From assembly GCA_032718475.1 (NCBI GenBank), contig JAUCBJ010007877.1, positions 1 through 64,000 of the forward strand: a DNA stretch of 64,000 nucleotides. The letters run 5' to 3'. This DNA comes from Nemertoderma westbladi. Lineage: Eukaryota; Animalia; Xenacoelomorpha. Of this stretch, positions 40,301 to 51,400 are shown piece by piece. The notes beneath the pieces were generated by a model. It saw only the letters and a list, made by a program, of their open reading frames with translations, was not told where the DNA came from and searched no databases. The position numbers and the translations under genes are program-made. The number at the start of each line of letters is the position of its first letter. The first letter of the stretch is position 1.

Positions 40301-40684
40301 ATCGAGAAGATCAGGAGATATAGATATAAATTAGCGAAATATATGAAAAATATTTTAATTCGCGATTTTGACCCCAGTATATTGTCTCCAGATATCAATG
40401 CTATTTTTAGATATTTTATCTGTGGGAACTAAAGCTTAATGTTGACGATACATACATACATAATGTGTGTCATTATATCATATAATGTATCATTATAATG
40501 TACACTTACGCATTATGTGATGCATTATATCGAATTTTATTTATTTTAATGTCATTATGGTTTTATGCCACACTGGCCAAAACAGTTGAATCTAAAACAG
40601 CAATGGCTTGTTTATTTCATGATATTATATGCAATAAATTTTTTTTTTCAGATCCACCTGGAACATCACCGTTCACATTTGAAA
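22323..40684 (+). CDS. Host gene: probably secreted tandem F-type lectin (fucolectin/F5-8C-like) x2 + thrombospondin type 1 repeat; exons 22323-22358, 22922-23148, 27972-28182, 28638-28685, 35468-35694, 37412-37607, 39595-39747, 40652-40684 (first exon not found; possible last exon from 40755)
   Basis: All exons have AG/GT boundaries with compatible phases. Domain 1: NLAL..LVDGD..CAYT..YIWVCL..ITEVKVYNREDCCSHR..LSVCELEVY. Domain 2: NIAL..AVDGD..CSHS..WILIYL..CCSQR..LCEVEVY. TSP1-like: CTYKPWEEESTCDGGCLVGTSTYTR. Confidence 0.82.
24230..24968. mobile_element. Mutator-like MITE with long TIRs
   Basis: TIR GGATAGTTA(C/T)AAACCCGAAAATAACG..; 9-bp TSD TCAATGCTG at 24221-24229 and 24969-24977. Confidence 0.85.
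25412..26843 (-). mobile_element. Merlin (IS1016/IS1595-like) DNA transposon
   Basis: TIR GGCACCACTGTGGAGTGGGTCACCATTT at both ends; 9-bp TSD GTCTCCCTG (25403-25411, 26844-26852). Confidence 0.93.
25540..26680 (-). pseudogene. Merlin DDE transposase, frameshifted near 26245-26300
   Basis: VQIDES, KRKYNRGR, IHSDEWAAY, VNHS, HTQRIEGIWSHAK; N-terminal Cys-rich part in another frame; VDWHNFIR motif out of frame. Confidence 0.88.
27086..27586 (+). mobile_element. 5'-truncated RTE LINE 3' end with (TAG)n tail
   Basis: KFFRATVESVFLYGGETWTL..RRLRFSG..RGRP; TSD TCAATTATCCTT 27074-27085 and 27587-27598; near-identical to 41921-42425. Confidence 0.9.
29115..29725 (-). mobile_element. RTE LINE 3' fragment (same family as 23570-24230)
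   Basis: LFRAAVVPVLLYGSPCWAL..RLRFAGHCFR. Confidence 0.85.
30170..30546. repeat. 40-bp tandem repeat (~9 copies) made of two related ~20-bp halves
   Basis: AGGATAAGTTCACCTAGGTAGGATCTAAGTTCACCTAATT. Confidence 0.95.
30808..31856 (+). mobile_element. Penelope-like element 3' fragment (GIY-YIG endonuclease at ~31265-31616) with tandem and inverted AT-rich terminal repeats
   Basis: NVIYLVNCLKCRKQGVGS..FKARIYNYKS..HF..E.YYQTNLQTLEPYGLN; repeats at 30808-30935 and 31821-31856 are inverted relative to 31063-31238. Confidence 0.8.
31870..35411 (-). mobile_element. Decayed, internally deleted Gypsy/Ty3 LTR retrotransposon in a lectin-gene intron
   Basis: PBS TGGCGACGAG (35402-35411, - strand); Gag-like QQQGES..YIIRLR (34380-34868); RT VKYLGFIVS..LQGFLG (33484-33720); integrase HPQSNGIAERAVR (~32420-32480). 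Confidence 0.8.
32525..33403. mobile_element. Non-autonomous Helentron-like/MITE element with GGACAATTGCCCCCC subterminal arrays, nested in the Gypsy remnant
   Basis: 15-bp tandem array 32537-32745 and inverted array 33270-33397; T-rich junctions. Confidence 0.65.
35881..36478. repeat. Minisatellite built from CTTGGACA and CTCGTA subunits
   Basis: Directly visible; explains the six overlapping repetitive ORFs. Confidence 0.95.
37618..39194. mobile_element. piggyBac-type non-autonomous element with internal ~161-bp tandem and inverted repeats
   Basis: TTAA TSD 37614-37617 and 39195-39198; TIR CCCTATTA(G/C)CACTGGGG. Confidence 0.85.
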
Positions 40685-41754
40685 GTTAGTATCTTTATAA
40701 ATGTTTTCCGGACATGAACTTTACCATTAATAATTATTACTATGTTTTGTACAGAAAATCGTCTCCAACATGTCCGGTCCTGTGTCAAGTTCAACTTCCT
40801 TGTAGTATGGTAGGCTTCATGGAAAACTTAACATAATGGACTGCTACGCCCGGCTTCAGGTCCATATGACTTGACCAGACAGAAGCTAATCTACTATATC
40901 AATTTGCTAGTCAAGCACTGGAGTTTACCAAAGAACCCCACACCCCCCCACCCCTTAAGCTACAATCCCCCCCCCCCCCCCCCCCCATGGCAATGCCATA
41001 AAATAGAATAATAGTTTAGTTTATAATTATAATATAATATGATAATGTTAGAAACATGTGGCAGTTTTTGATGGGGCGCTGTCATTGTTCACTGCGATAT
41101 CCACTTTGTGAACTGGCAAAAACCCATATCTCCATGGGAAAATCGACACAAATAACAGCTGATTACTCCCAAAAATAAAACTGTAACCTGTTCTATTGAT
41201 TTTAGTTTACTGTTTTCTTAGAATAACGAGCCACTATAACCTGCTCCTTTCCCTTAATTGATAATTCTACATTGAGCTTGAGAGAAGTTTTCCACCATGT
41301 TTCAACAGGGATTGGGTATCAGCCCCGAGAGTCCAACCCAGCCATATTTACACCTGTGGCAACTACGATTACTGCCAGGCCTCTCATAGATTCAAGAAGT
41401 TCATCCACATCCTATAAGTCGACTTTTCGTCTGTAAAGTTTTGGGCTGCGGACAGCTGCTTGTCCCAACTTGGGCTGCTGATTCTAATGGACGAGATGGA
41501 CAGAGTTCTGGTCCCCCAATAGCCACATTTTGGAGCTCACAAATCCAAAGTTCCATCCTGGAACCACAAAGGCGGTCTACTTTTGCCAATCCTGTACTAA
41601 AGTAACCATTACTTATCATTGATAATGAAGAAAACCTCTTTTCGAAAATGAACTACTCGTACCATATACATTATACATTGTATATAAAATATTACAAATA
41701 ATATTACTGATCTATAGAAGATGTTTAAGCCTGGTTTCCATGATGTAACATACC

Positions 41755-42427
41755 TACATATAAATGCTACCAAAACCGAATTCAAGACCTTTAATGTTGA
41801 TGGAAATTTGACAACCATTGATAATAATCAACTAAGGAATGTCAATGACTTCCAGTACCTTGGATCATGGATAGAGAGTAGCAAAAAGGACATAGAAGTT
41901 AGGAAAGCAAAGGCTTGGGTAGCTCTATCAAAAATGGATACCATCTGGAAATCACATCTCTCCAGGCACCTGAAGACTAAGTTCTTTCGAGCCATATTAG
42001 AAAGTCTATTTTTATACGGGGGTGAAACATGGACACTGACTAAATCACTTGAACAACGAATTGATGGTTGCTACATAAGTCTACTAAGAGCAGCCCTAAA
42101 CATCAGCTGGAGACAACACATGACAAACACTGTGCTTTATGGTACAATACCACCTGTATCAACCACCCTCCGTGAACGCAGATTAAGATTCAGTGGGCAC
42201 TGCTGGCGAAGTAAAAACGAGGTCATACCAGATCTAATTTTCTGGCAACCAACTCATGGGAAGCGTAGTCGTGGACGACCGGCCATAACATATATAGATC
42301 AACTTGAAAGGGATACTGAACTTGGGAGAAACGAAATTGCGACAACTATGGAGAATCGGGAAGCCTGGAAGGATCTCATTTCCACTGTCCGAGTTCGCTC
42401 GACCTAGTAGTAGTAGTAGTAGTAGTA
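41755..42427 (+). mobile_element. 5'-truncated RTE LINE with (TAG)n tail
   Basis: DFQYLGSWI..LYGGETWTL..RRLRFSGHCWR..RGRP; imperfect flanking repeat GTAACATA(C/G)CTAC. Confidence 0.9.
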
Positions 42428-43063
42428 ACATAGCTACTAGCTACATCCCACAATGTGGCTAGTGGCTAATGAAAATAGCTAGTATCGGCAGGCTACTAGC
42501 TGTTGGACGCTGCTCGTAGCAACCGGCTATTCCCCCTAATTTATTCCATAAGCCAATATGTATATACCATGCAAATATTGTAATGCAAGAAATGAGAACG
42601 ATGAGCTAACTAGTCTCCCTAAAAATGAAACATAAGACTTTGTTATCTATTATGGATGCAGCTAAGCTATTCAACAGAATAATCTGTAAATTAATTAATA
42701 ATCTCGAATGTTAGTGTCTAACAAGATAAAACGCACTGTAAAATACCCATACTATTTCGAATGTTAATGAAAATGAAATCCCAATCAATATCCGAAAAAT
42801 TAAAAATCACCGACACAAATAGATGGCTTCTGCAGATATTTAAACACTTCGCATCAAGCTGCTGCAATATTATCATGCACACCATTAATTAGAGTTAGCT
42901 CTACTTCTGCCATCTTTTTCACAATCATCCTCTCGACAGGCTCTATAACTAGATTAATAGTCCTTCTACTAACATTAGTTTTACTAACAGTTTCCTCAAT
43001 TTTATTAAGAGTTCGCCTATCATTATTATTATTTATCACTCTCGACTGAGTTACTGTTCCACG

Positions 43064-44515
43064 ACCTCGTCGTCCCCACTCCATTCCTCTCCCTCCCTTT
43101 CCCTCAACCTCGTCGTCCCCACTCCATTCCTCTCCCTCCCTTTCCCTCAACCTCGTCGTCCCCACTCCATTCCTCTCCCTCCCTTTCCCTCAACCTCGTC
43201 GTCCCCACTCCATTCCTCTCCCTCCCTTTCCCTCAACCTCGTCGTCCCCACTCCATTCCTCTCCCTCCCTTTCCCTCAACCTCGTCGTCCCCACTCCATT
43301 CCTCTCCCTCCCTTTCCCTCAACCTCGTCGTCCCCACTCCATTCCTCTCCCTCCCTTTCCCTCAACCTCGTCATCCCCACTCCATTCCTCTCCCTCCCTT
43401 TCCCTCAACCTCGTCGTGCCCACTCCATTCCTCTCCCTCCCTTTCCCTCAACCTCGTCGTCCCCACTCCATTCCTCTCCCTCCCTTTCCCTCAACCTCGT
43501 CGTCCCCACTCCATTCCTCTCCCTCCCTTTCCCTCAACCTCGTCGTCCCCACTCCATTCCTCTCCCTCCCTTTCCCTCAACCTCGTCGTCCCCACTCCAT
43601 TCCTCTCCCTCCCTTTCCCTCAACCTCGTCGTCCCCACTCCATTCCTCTCCCTCCCTTTCCCTCAACCTCGTCGTCCCCACTCCATTCCTCTCCCTCCCT
43701 TTCCCTCAACCTCGTCATCCCCACTCCATTCCTCTCACTCCCTTTCCCTCAACCTCGTCGTCCCCACTCCATTCCTCTCCCTCCCTTTCCCTCAACCTCG
43801 TCGTCCCCACTCCATTCCTCTCCCTCCCTTTCCCTCAACCTCGTCGTCCCCACTCCATTCCTCTCCCTCCCTTTCCCTCAACCTCGTCGTGCCCACTCCA
43901 TTCCTCTCCCTCCCTTTCCCTCAACCTCGTCATCCCCACTCCATTCCTCTCCCTCCCTTTCCCTCAACCTCGTCGTCCCCACTCCATTCCTCTCCCTCCC
44001 TTTCCCTCAACCTCGTCGTCCCCACTCCATTCCTCTCCCTCCCTTTCCCTCAACCTCGTCGTCCCCACTCCATTCCTCTCCCTCCCTTTCCCTCAACCTC
44101 GTCGTCCCCACTCCATTCCTCTCCCTCCCTTTCCCTCAACCTCGTCGTCCCCACTCCATTCCTCTCCCTCCCTTTCCCTCAACCTCGTCGTCCCCACTCC
44201 ATTCCTCTCCCTCCCTTTCCCTCAACCTCGTCGTCCCCACTCCATTCCTCTCCCTCCCTTTCCCTCAACCTCGTCGTGCCCACTCCATTCCTCTCCCTCC
44301 CTTTCCCTCAACCTCGTCATCCCCACTCCATTCCTCTCACTCCCTTTCCCTCAACCTCGTCGTCCCCACTCCATTCCTCTCCCTCCCTTTCCCTCAACCT
44401 CGTCGTGCCCACTCCATTCCTCTCCCTCCCTTTCCCTCAACCTCGTCATCCCCACTCCATTCCTCTCACTCCCTTTCCCTCAACCTCGTCGTCTCCACTC
44501 CATTCCTCTCCCCCC
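43064..44515. repeat. 43-bp pyrimidine-rich minisatellite, ~34 near-identical copies
   Basis: CCTCGTCGTCCCCACTCCATTCCTCTCCCTCCCTTTCCCTCAA. Confidence 0.97.
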
Positions 44516-44744
44516 TAAACGCTAGAATCATCGGCGAACAAAACGGTAAATAAATTTGTTGAATTAGGTAAATCATTTATGTTTAATAAAAAGAACACCG
44601 AACCCATTATGCTTATTTAATACAATTTAATAATAAATAGTAATTTATTATTTAATAAAATATATTTGTTAATAACTGAGATATTTATGAGAAATTATTT
44701 TACTGAGATATTATTATCATTTAATATTAAATGATATTGATTAT

Positions 44745-44870
44745 GTTGAGTACCAGTTAAATAACTGGGAGCAAATCTTGGGATAGGAGTAGCGCCCACC
44801 CCTACCCTCGGGTAGCAGCTATCGAAAGAGGAGCCTTCGGGTCGCCTCCGGCTTCGGCCGACTGTTTGCT
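44745..44870 (+). mobile_element. 3' part of a SINE (same family as 46897-47120)
   Basis: TGAGTACCAGTTAAATAAC..GGGATAGGAGTAGCGCCCACCCCTACCCTCGGGTAGCAGCTATC shared in inverted orientation. Confidence 0.75.
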
Positions 44871-44958
44871 TTGAATATTAAATATTTACACAAAATTGAA
44901 TTACATTCCATTAATTAATTCAAAAAAATGAATTTAATTAAATTCCATTAAAAAACAA

Positions 44959-45815
44959 TCAGCCTGATGAGGAAAGTTTTGCTACTTTAAGTTTGTGCTC
45001 CTTGTTAGCACTTTTAATCTCTTCAGTTCGCTTATGGCTCCAATTGTTAAGAAAAACGTTGGCCAAAATGCTTGAACATTGACTAATATATTGATCTGGA
45101 ATCAACTGGCACCAATTGTTCAGTTCTTCAAAATATTTTACATATCCTATTTTACACAGATGGTCGACACTTTGCTGCATTATAAACGATATGTAACAAT
45201 ATATCGCTAGGTAAACCAGGCAATCAGTTGGCTCATCTAAGCCGCCACAATTTAATTGGCGAATAAGATCACCATTACCCTTGAACTCTTCCATACTGTC
45301 GTATTCCTGAAGATGCGATTGTAAATCAGGAATCTTCTTAGCTATATAGCCGGCAATATACACCAACCCTTAACGAGTTTCCCCACTAACATCACTTTCG
45401 GATCCGATTATACAATCTACATCGAGTTCAAGAAAGATGTTACACTTTGAACATCGGTGACCACTAGTCAACTGTGACATATCTGGACATGTCGCTATAT
45501 ATTTACAAGCCTTATCAATGCCAAACCGTTGCATCACATCCCGGGCTGTGATTAAATAAGTCCCTCCAGCTGATTGTCTGTATTGGCCAAATTTCTTTTC
45601 CAAAGGATCGGATTGAAACTTTCCTAAAAGCACGAATTCAGCGCTGCACTGTAGCATTTGTTCTGATAAGAAGGCCAACCCAATTGAGGTATTACACAAT
45701 GCCCTAGATGTTGGCTGGGTAAGTTATTTCTGTCTATTATGTGGGCTAGGTGCTTTGAGAAATTGAGAAAACTGTGGAACGTCTTCTTTGAGAAATTTAA
45801 TCTGCCAATCATCAG
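44959..45815 (-). pseudogene. P-element/THAP9-like transposase, C-terminal remnant
   Basis: FVLLGKFQSDPLEKKFGQYRQSAGG and YIAGYIAKK motifs; stops and frameshifts. Confidence 0.8.
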
Positions 45816-46896
45816 TTAAGGGAAGCACTATTTTTCTGATGCCAAATCGGTCTAAACTAACTTTGCAAAAAAAAATTTTTGTTTTCGTAAAATTATAAGC
45901 GGGCCTCACGACACTTGAAAATTTCAAATTTTTGGGAAGGCAGAGCCAGTTTTGAAAATCCCAAATTTTTTGTATTTTTGATAAAAGTTAAGGAAGATGC
46001 AAATATATAATGTAAAATAGGTTGGAAACAAACACAAAAATGAAATTGTGATTTTCATATAAATCTACCCCAGCCTCATGGCCTTTGAAATTTGGCAAAA
46101 TTTGCAAAATTTCACCCCAAAAATACAGGAATCCTACAGTGACAATATTGATCAGCAGGAAATTTAACACATGTACTACTCTGAATTGGGAATCCTAAAT
46201 GTACACCTCTCACAGCACACCTTACGTAATCACCGTTAAACATAGGGAAACACCATAAATTCTCCAGAAAACAGTGAAAATATGATTGGCATTAAATAGC
46301 ATTAAAGTTTACCAAATGTGCTGCTAAAAAATAAGTTGAAAGAGTCTAATAATACACAGAAGCCATTGTTGCCAGGTGACCAAGGAACAGTAACCAATCA
46401 GCATGCATTTAAGCACTCATGCTCACTGGTCAGCCGGTAGAGGCACATTAATGGTGGATTCTGGTATTAGTGTATTCCAATATTCAAGATTTGTTAGGGT
46501 TGGATATTGTCATATTCTAAATGTTTAACAGTTAAAGTGCAGATGTAATTTAATACTAAGACAGCAAGAGGGCCAGATTTAGGTCCTGCCTACAGAGATA
46601 CTGTAGTGAAGTGGCATGCTAGCAGCGCGGATGCAAGATCTAGAACCCATCACACATGATTTTTTAGTCAGTTCGGTTTTCTGGTATTAATGGTATCCTT
46701 AATACTAAATACCGCAACTTCTGCACTTCAACTGTCAACATTTAACAGATGAAAATGATCTAACACTAACAATACTGTAATACCAGAATACAGCAACACT
46801 GGTTGGTACTACTGGCTGACCAGTAAAACAAGGATGTTGCTGAACTGCATGCTGATTGATTTCTTCTTTCACCTAGTATTATTAGCAGCATATCAA

Positions 46897-47120
46897 GCAA
46901 ACAGACGAGGCGACCTGAAGGCTACTCTTTTGATAGCTGCTACCCGAGGGTAGGGGTGGGCGCTACTCCTATCCCAAGATTTGCTGCCAAGATTTGTTAT
47001 TTAACTGGTACTCATTTTATTGAACCAGTGGATCAAAGGCACAAGAGTAGACCCTGGTGGGGCTGAACCTACAACCAATCGATTGCAGGCCTGGTGCTCA
47101 GCCAACTGAGCTACCCCGCC
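46897..47120 (-). mobile_element. tRNA-derived SINE
   Basis: Minus strand GGGGTAGCTCAGTTGG (A box)..GGTTCAGCCCC (B-box-like)..AAAATGAGTACCAG body. Confidence 0.75.
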
Positions 47121-47183
47121 TTCTAGCAGCATATAGGTAAAATTTAATGCTGATCATTTTTTCACTGTTTTTTTGTGGAGATT

Positions 47184-48308
47184 TGTAAAAGCTTTTGTGG
47201 GATATAACTGGCCCTTTTGCTTTGCAATCCAGTTTCCCCCCAGGCGCTGGAATACTCTAAAAAGCTCTCTAACTCGAATGATGCAAAGCGACCGGCTGAT
47301 TGGCTGATTTGTTATACGAGGGGCTCCTTGCTATGTTCTATCGGCCAACCAGAGCTATAGCAGCAGAGTATGCAACCAGGGCAACTGAGCGGAGTGACTC
47401 ATTTTGTGTGTTGGCCAAGGGTTGCAAAAATCCTGATAGTTCGGCATTTAGATATTCGTGGAACTTGTGGAATCTGGTGCTCTGCCAATGAGAGCTATTC
47501 CTCTCTGTGTAAAAAGATACAGTCAGAGAGTTTTGACTCACTCTCTTCCAGTGCCACACGGCACAGTCCGGCATATCGTATCATTGTTACATTATCAGTA
47601 CATTGTCATATTATATCTTAACCTACCGTCTTAATGGTTTTACTGTTGTTTGGTTGAATATTATTTGGAGAACATCTATAAAGAACCCAAATTTCCCAAT
47701 TTTCTTGATACACTACAGATTAGAGAGACAGGTTACATATAGCGATTGCGACTTATATTATCGTGGTTTGTAGTGAGTTTAATGCTATTTGATAGGCACT
47801 ACATGAGTCAATTGCTGTTCTCTTTATATATGACAAAATTCATTGACGGTCGGCAGATTAGTGTGCAGTATTGTGCGTTACCGGTAGTGTGCATGATTGT
47901 GGCTGATAACTAAGCATTTCCTAAAGAATGCGCCTCATACGTGAATCATAAGCCTTACCGACTTACCGTTGTGTTTAGTATAAGTCATATCTCTGTTTAC
48001 CTAGATAGAGCGCCACGTCCTAAAGGAACTGTTAATATTTCCCAAAAGTGAATAATATTGGTCAGAAATTATTTATTAACGATCAATCGAATAATACAGT
48101 AAGCTTACACTGCAATAACAATCTAAGCCCTCCGAATCCAGTCTCCCGGGTATATCCAGCGGGTGAATGGACGCGCACTAGGCTGGCTTCGGCTAATGTT
48201 GTGTTTATTGGTATTAAATACTTGTCATTTTCTAAAGTCTATTTATAAACCAAAAGACATATAAATTTTAGCAGGTTAAACTGCTAAAGGTCTTCAAAAG
48301 CGCGTACA
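47184..48308 (+). repeat. 5' LTR
   Basis: TGTAAAAGCTTTT...AAAAGCGCGTACA, direct repeat of 54836-55960. Confidence 0.95.
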
Positions 48309-48421
48309 ATAACAGTTATACGCTCTATAATCTAAGCCTACTAATGTTTCTTCTAAAGTCTGAAACGAATTGACTCTAGAGCCGGTGTTCCTGGCCTAGA
48401 TAGAAACAACACAACAGAGAG

Positions 48422-51400
48422 TTGGAAAATCTTCAAGAGACGCAAGATTGCATAAATAAACAGTTAACTGCTAGTCAAATGCAGATGAGGAGTCGATCTA
48501 CTCCCAAGCGCCAAGGATACACATCATCAGAGGAAGGCGAGACCACCGATCCTGAAGGCGGAGGAAATAGATCTCGTCTAAGCAGGCGTAGAAAAACATC
48601 TCACCGTCACAAATTGCCTGATTTGCCCCCAGCGGTTAGAAGACAACTAGCTAGCACAGACTTAGGTAGTACAGAACCCACAGACCAAATTATTAAGGTC
48701 AAAAGACTCCCTACTATAGTTGATGAGCCTGAAATAATTAGGCCTGTCGTTCCCAAAGCCACTCCTGTGCTAGAGACCCCTGTACTTCCAGAGCTTAACT
48801 CTAAATTCCCTCTACACAGTACTACACTGCCTGTACCCGGTAGAACAGTCCATGCGAATATCCCTGTCCTGGACACTGAGAGAGAAATCAAAGATTTGTC
48901 TCCCGTCGTCCCGCGTCGGCCCGCTACAATGTTGGCGACTCCCGCTTCGGCGGTCGAGTGGGTAGAGGAGGGACGGCGGGGGATGAATCTCCTGCTCGGA
49001 CAGATGCAGGAGACTGTCCACCAACTCAAGGGAACAGTAAGGGAAAGTAGGGCAGAATTGCAAGAAGTGCAGCAAAGTATCGCGCTGGAACGCGACAAAT
49101 TAGTCAATATACAAAAGGGTATACCAATACCCCCAGTAACATTGTGTCAACCTGTTAGGTCTGAAGTATTACATGCGCAGGGTGTGGAGCCTACACGCAT
49201 CTATACTGCTAGTGAAGTAGAAACTCCTATAGCAAACCCTATTAAGGGTGATTATAAACCTGTTGTTAATGATATTCCCTATAGACCTGATAATGATCCG
49301 AGAAATTTATATACCGATAATTCGATATTAAATAACACGATGGCCCAAGAAAGCTTTACGCGTCAGATGGCTAGAACAGAAGCCCACCAAGCGGTCAAAG
49401 TGGGAGAGATCGTCAAATTCAATGGAGATGAGATGAAATGGTTACCTTTCAATGAATATTACAAAGATAGCATACAGAACTCTGTACTATCTAACGGAGA
49501 GAAACTTAGATTCCTCATCAAGTGCTTGGAAGGACCTCCCAAGTTAATGGCGTTAAAGTTTATTGGACATCCAGAAGGATTAAGACAAGTTTGGGATACA
49601 TTAAACATCAGGTATGGTAACAAGGATAACATAGCTAAGTATTTGTATGCAAAATTGGTAGCCCCCCGAAACTTCCTTAGTAGCGGGATTATAGAGTTTT
49701 CCGATGAGATTCAGGAGATCTGTAGACAATTGGACTGGTTAGGTAAGTCTCATGAATATCAGAGTTCTATGGTTATTGGAGCCGTAGTCTCTACTTTACC
49801 AAAGGGTGGAGTATGTACACGCTGGGACAAGAAAGTGTTGTATATGAATGAACAGCAACGACGAAGCCCTACCATGGCTGATCTCATGTCCTTCTTAGAT
49901 AGTGAAGTAAAATTTCAACTCATAAAGCAGTCCAGAGAGAAAACATCGGAAAATAAGGTAAGTGAGAAACCCATTTCTAGGAGAAGGATAATACCAGTGT
50001 GTTATACTGACGACGGCGAAAGCCAAGCTTCTCAAGAAGAGGACAGCGGGAAAGACACAGCAAAATCTTACTATGACAACAAGACCTATAAAGACGTAAG
50101 TAAATACAAGGCTCGAACCAACGATAGGAGAGAACAGGTTGCCAAGACCCCTCCTCAGTCTCCTAACAGAATGCACCGAAGAAAGCCCGAAGAAAGAACG
50201 AGAGTGCATCAAGTTACCCAAGGTAAAGTGAGTAACATCAAACCAAACTGTGCGCTGTGCGACGGGCCCCACCGTTTGAGTGCGTGTGCTGAATTTCTAA
50301 AGAAATCCCTTGTAGACAGACGTACAGTCATGTGGGATAAGCGGTTATGCTATAATTGCCTCAGATCAGGACACCAACGGCGAACCTGTTACTCCGACGT
50401 AAAGTGTGCAAAGTGCGGTGCGAAACATCACATCTTGTTACACAGTGAATTCGAACGAGACAACCCGAGTCAGGTAAGTGAGCCCGAACTACATGTCCAA
50501 TTCAGTGATGTAAATGACACTGATCAAGAGTCTGAGATGGAAGGATTCTATACTGACGAATTCTCCGACGCCAACGAATCCTGTTACCTAATCAATACCG
50601 CAGTGTATCGAGCACTTACTTACGAAAAGGACACCGACAATGAGTTTTCCCCAACTACTTTTGACAGACAACCATCTTGGAAAGCTCCAACTTCCAACGT
50701 AGGTATCAGAGAATTTCCTGTAGTGCAGGTAAGAGTTCACGGTCCTAACAAAAGTTACATAGTGAACGCCCTCCTTGACTCCGGCAGCACAGGAACATTC
50801 ATCGATCAAGAACTAGCCGAAGATATCTTTGCTGGACAACCCAAATTCCGGACTAAATTGAATATGTCAGGAATTATGCAGGTTTGGAAATCTACCCTAA
50901 CGGCAGATTACTATGTAGGTGTGTTGTCCACCCCCCAGGATAAATTAGGAGCACAAGGTATAAGGTCGGTAAAAATGGTGGCTATAAAGAACTTCGCTAC
51001 TACTCAAGCAGATCTTTATAATTGGGACGAGGATGAGAGCATCCAACAGCTTAAGATACCTCGATTCCAGACAGATTATCCTGGAGTGCAAATACTCATC
51101 GGCCAAAACGCGCATGAGGCGCTCGAGACATTGGAGAAACGGCCTGCTCAACCGCTGCCACTACAAACCTATGTGGTAAGAACTAGAGTAGGTTGGTACT
51201 TCACTGGCCCTTCCCGTAGAACTCTCAAAGAGAGATTACCTCAACAACAGGTGTACCAAGTAAAGGAATGGGAAGTGGAGAGCAGTGATGTGGACGATCC
51301 AACTGAGGGAACACCATACTCCTCAGATAATGACGATATTAACTCCAATGTAGATCAATGGAGACATTGCCTTGGGACGATTAATCCAGCCGACATCGCT

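Noticed and set aside
43416-44525. 369-aa and 209-aa Pro/Ser-rich ORFs
   Set aside because: Translations of the 43-bp minisatellite
47300-48248. Short ORFs duplicated at 54952-55900
   Set aside because: Duplicated only because they lie in the LTRs; not conserved in the sister LTR
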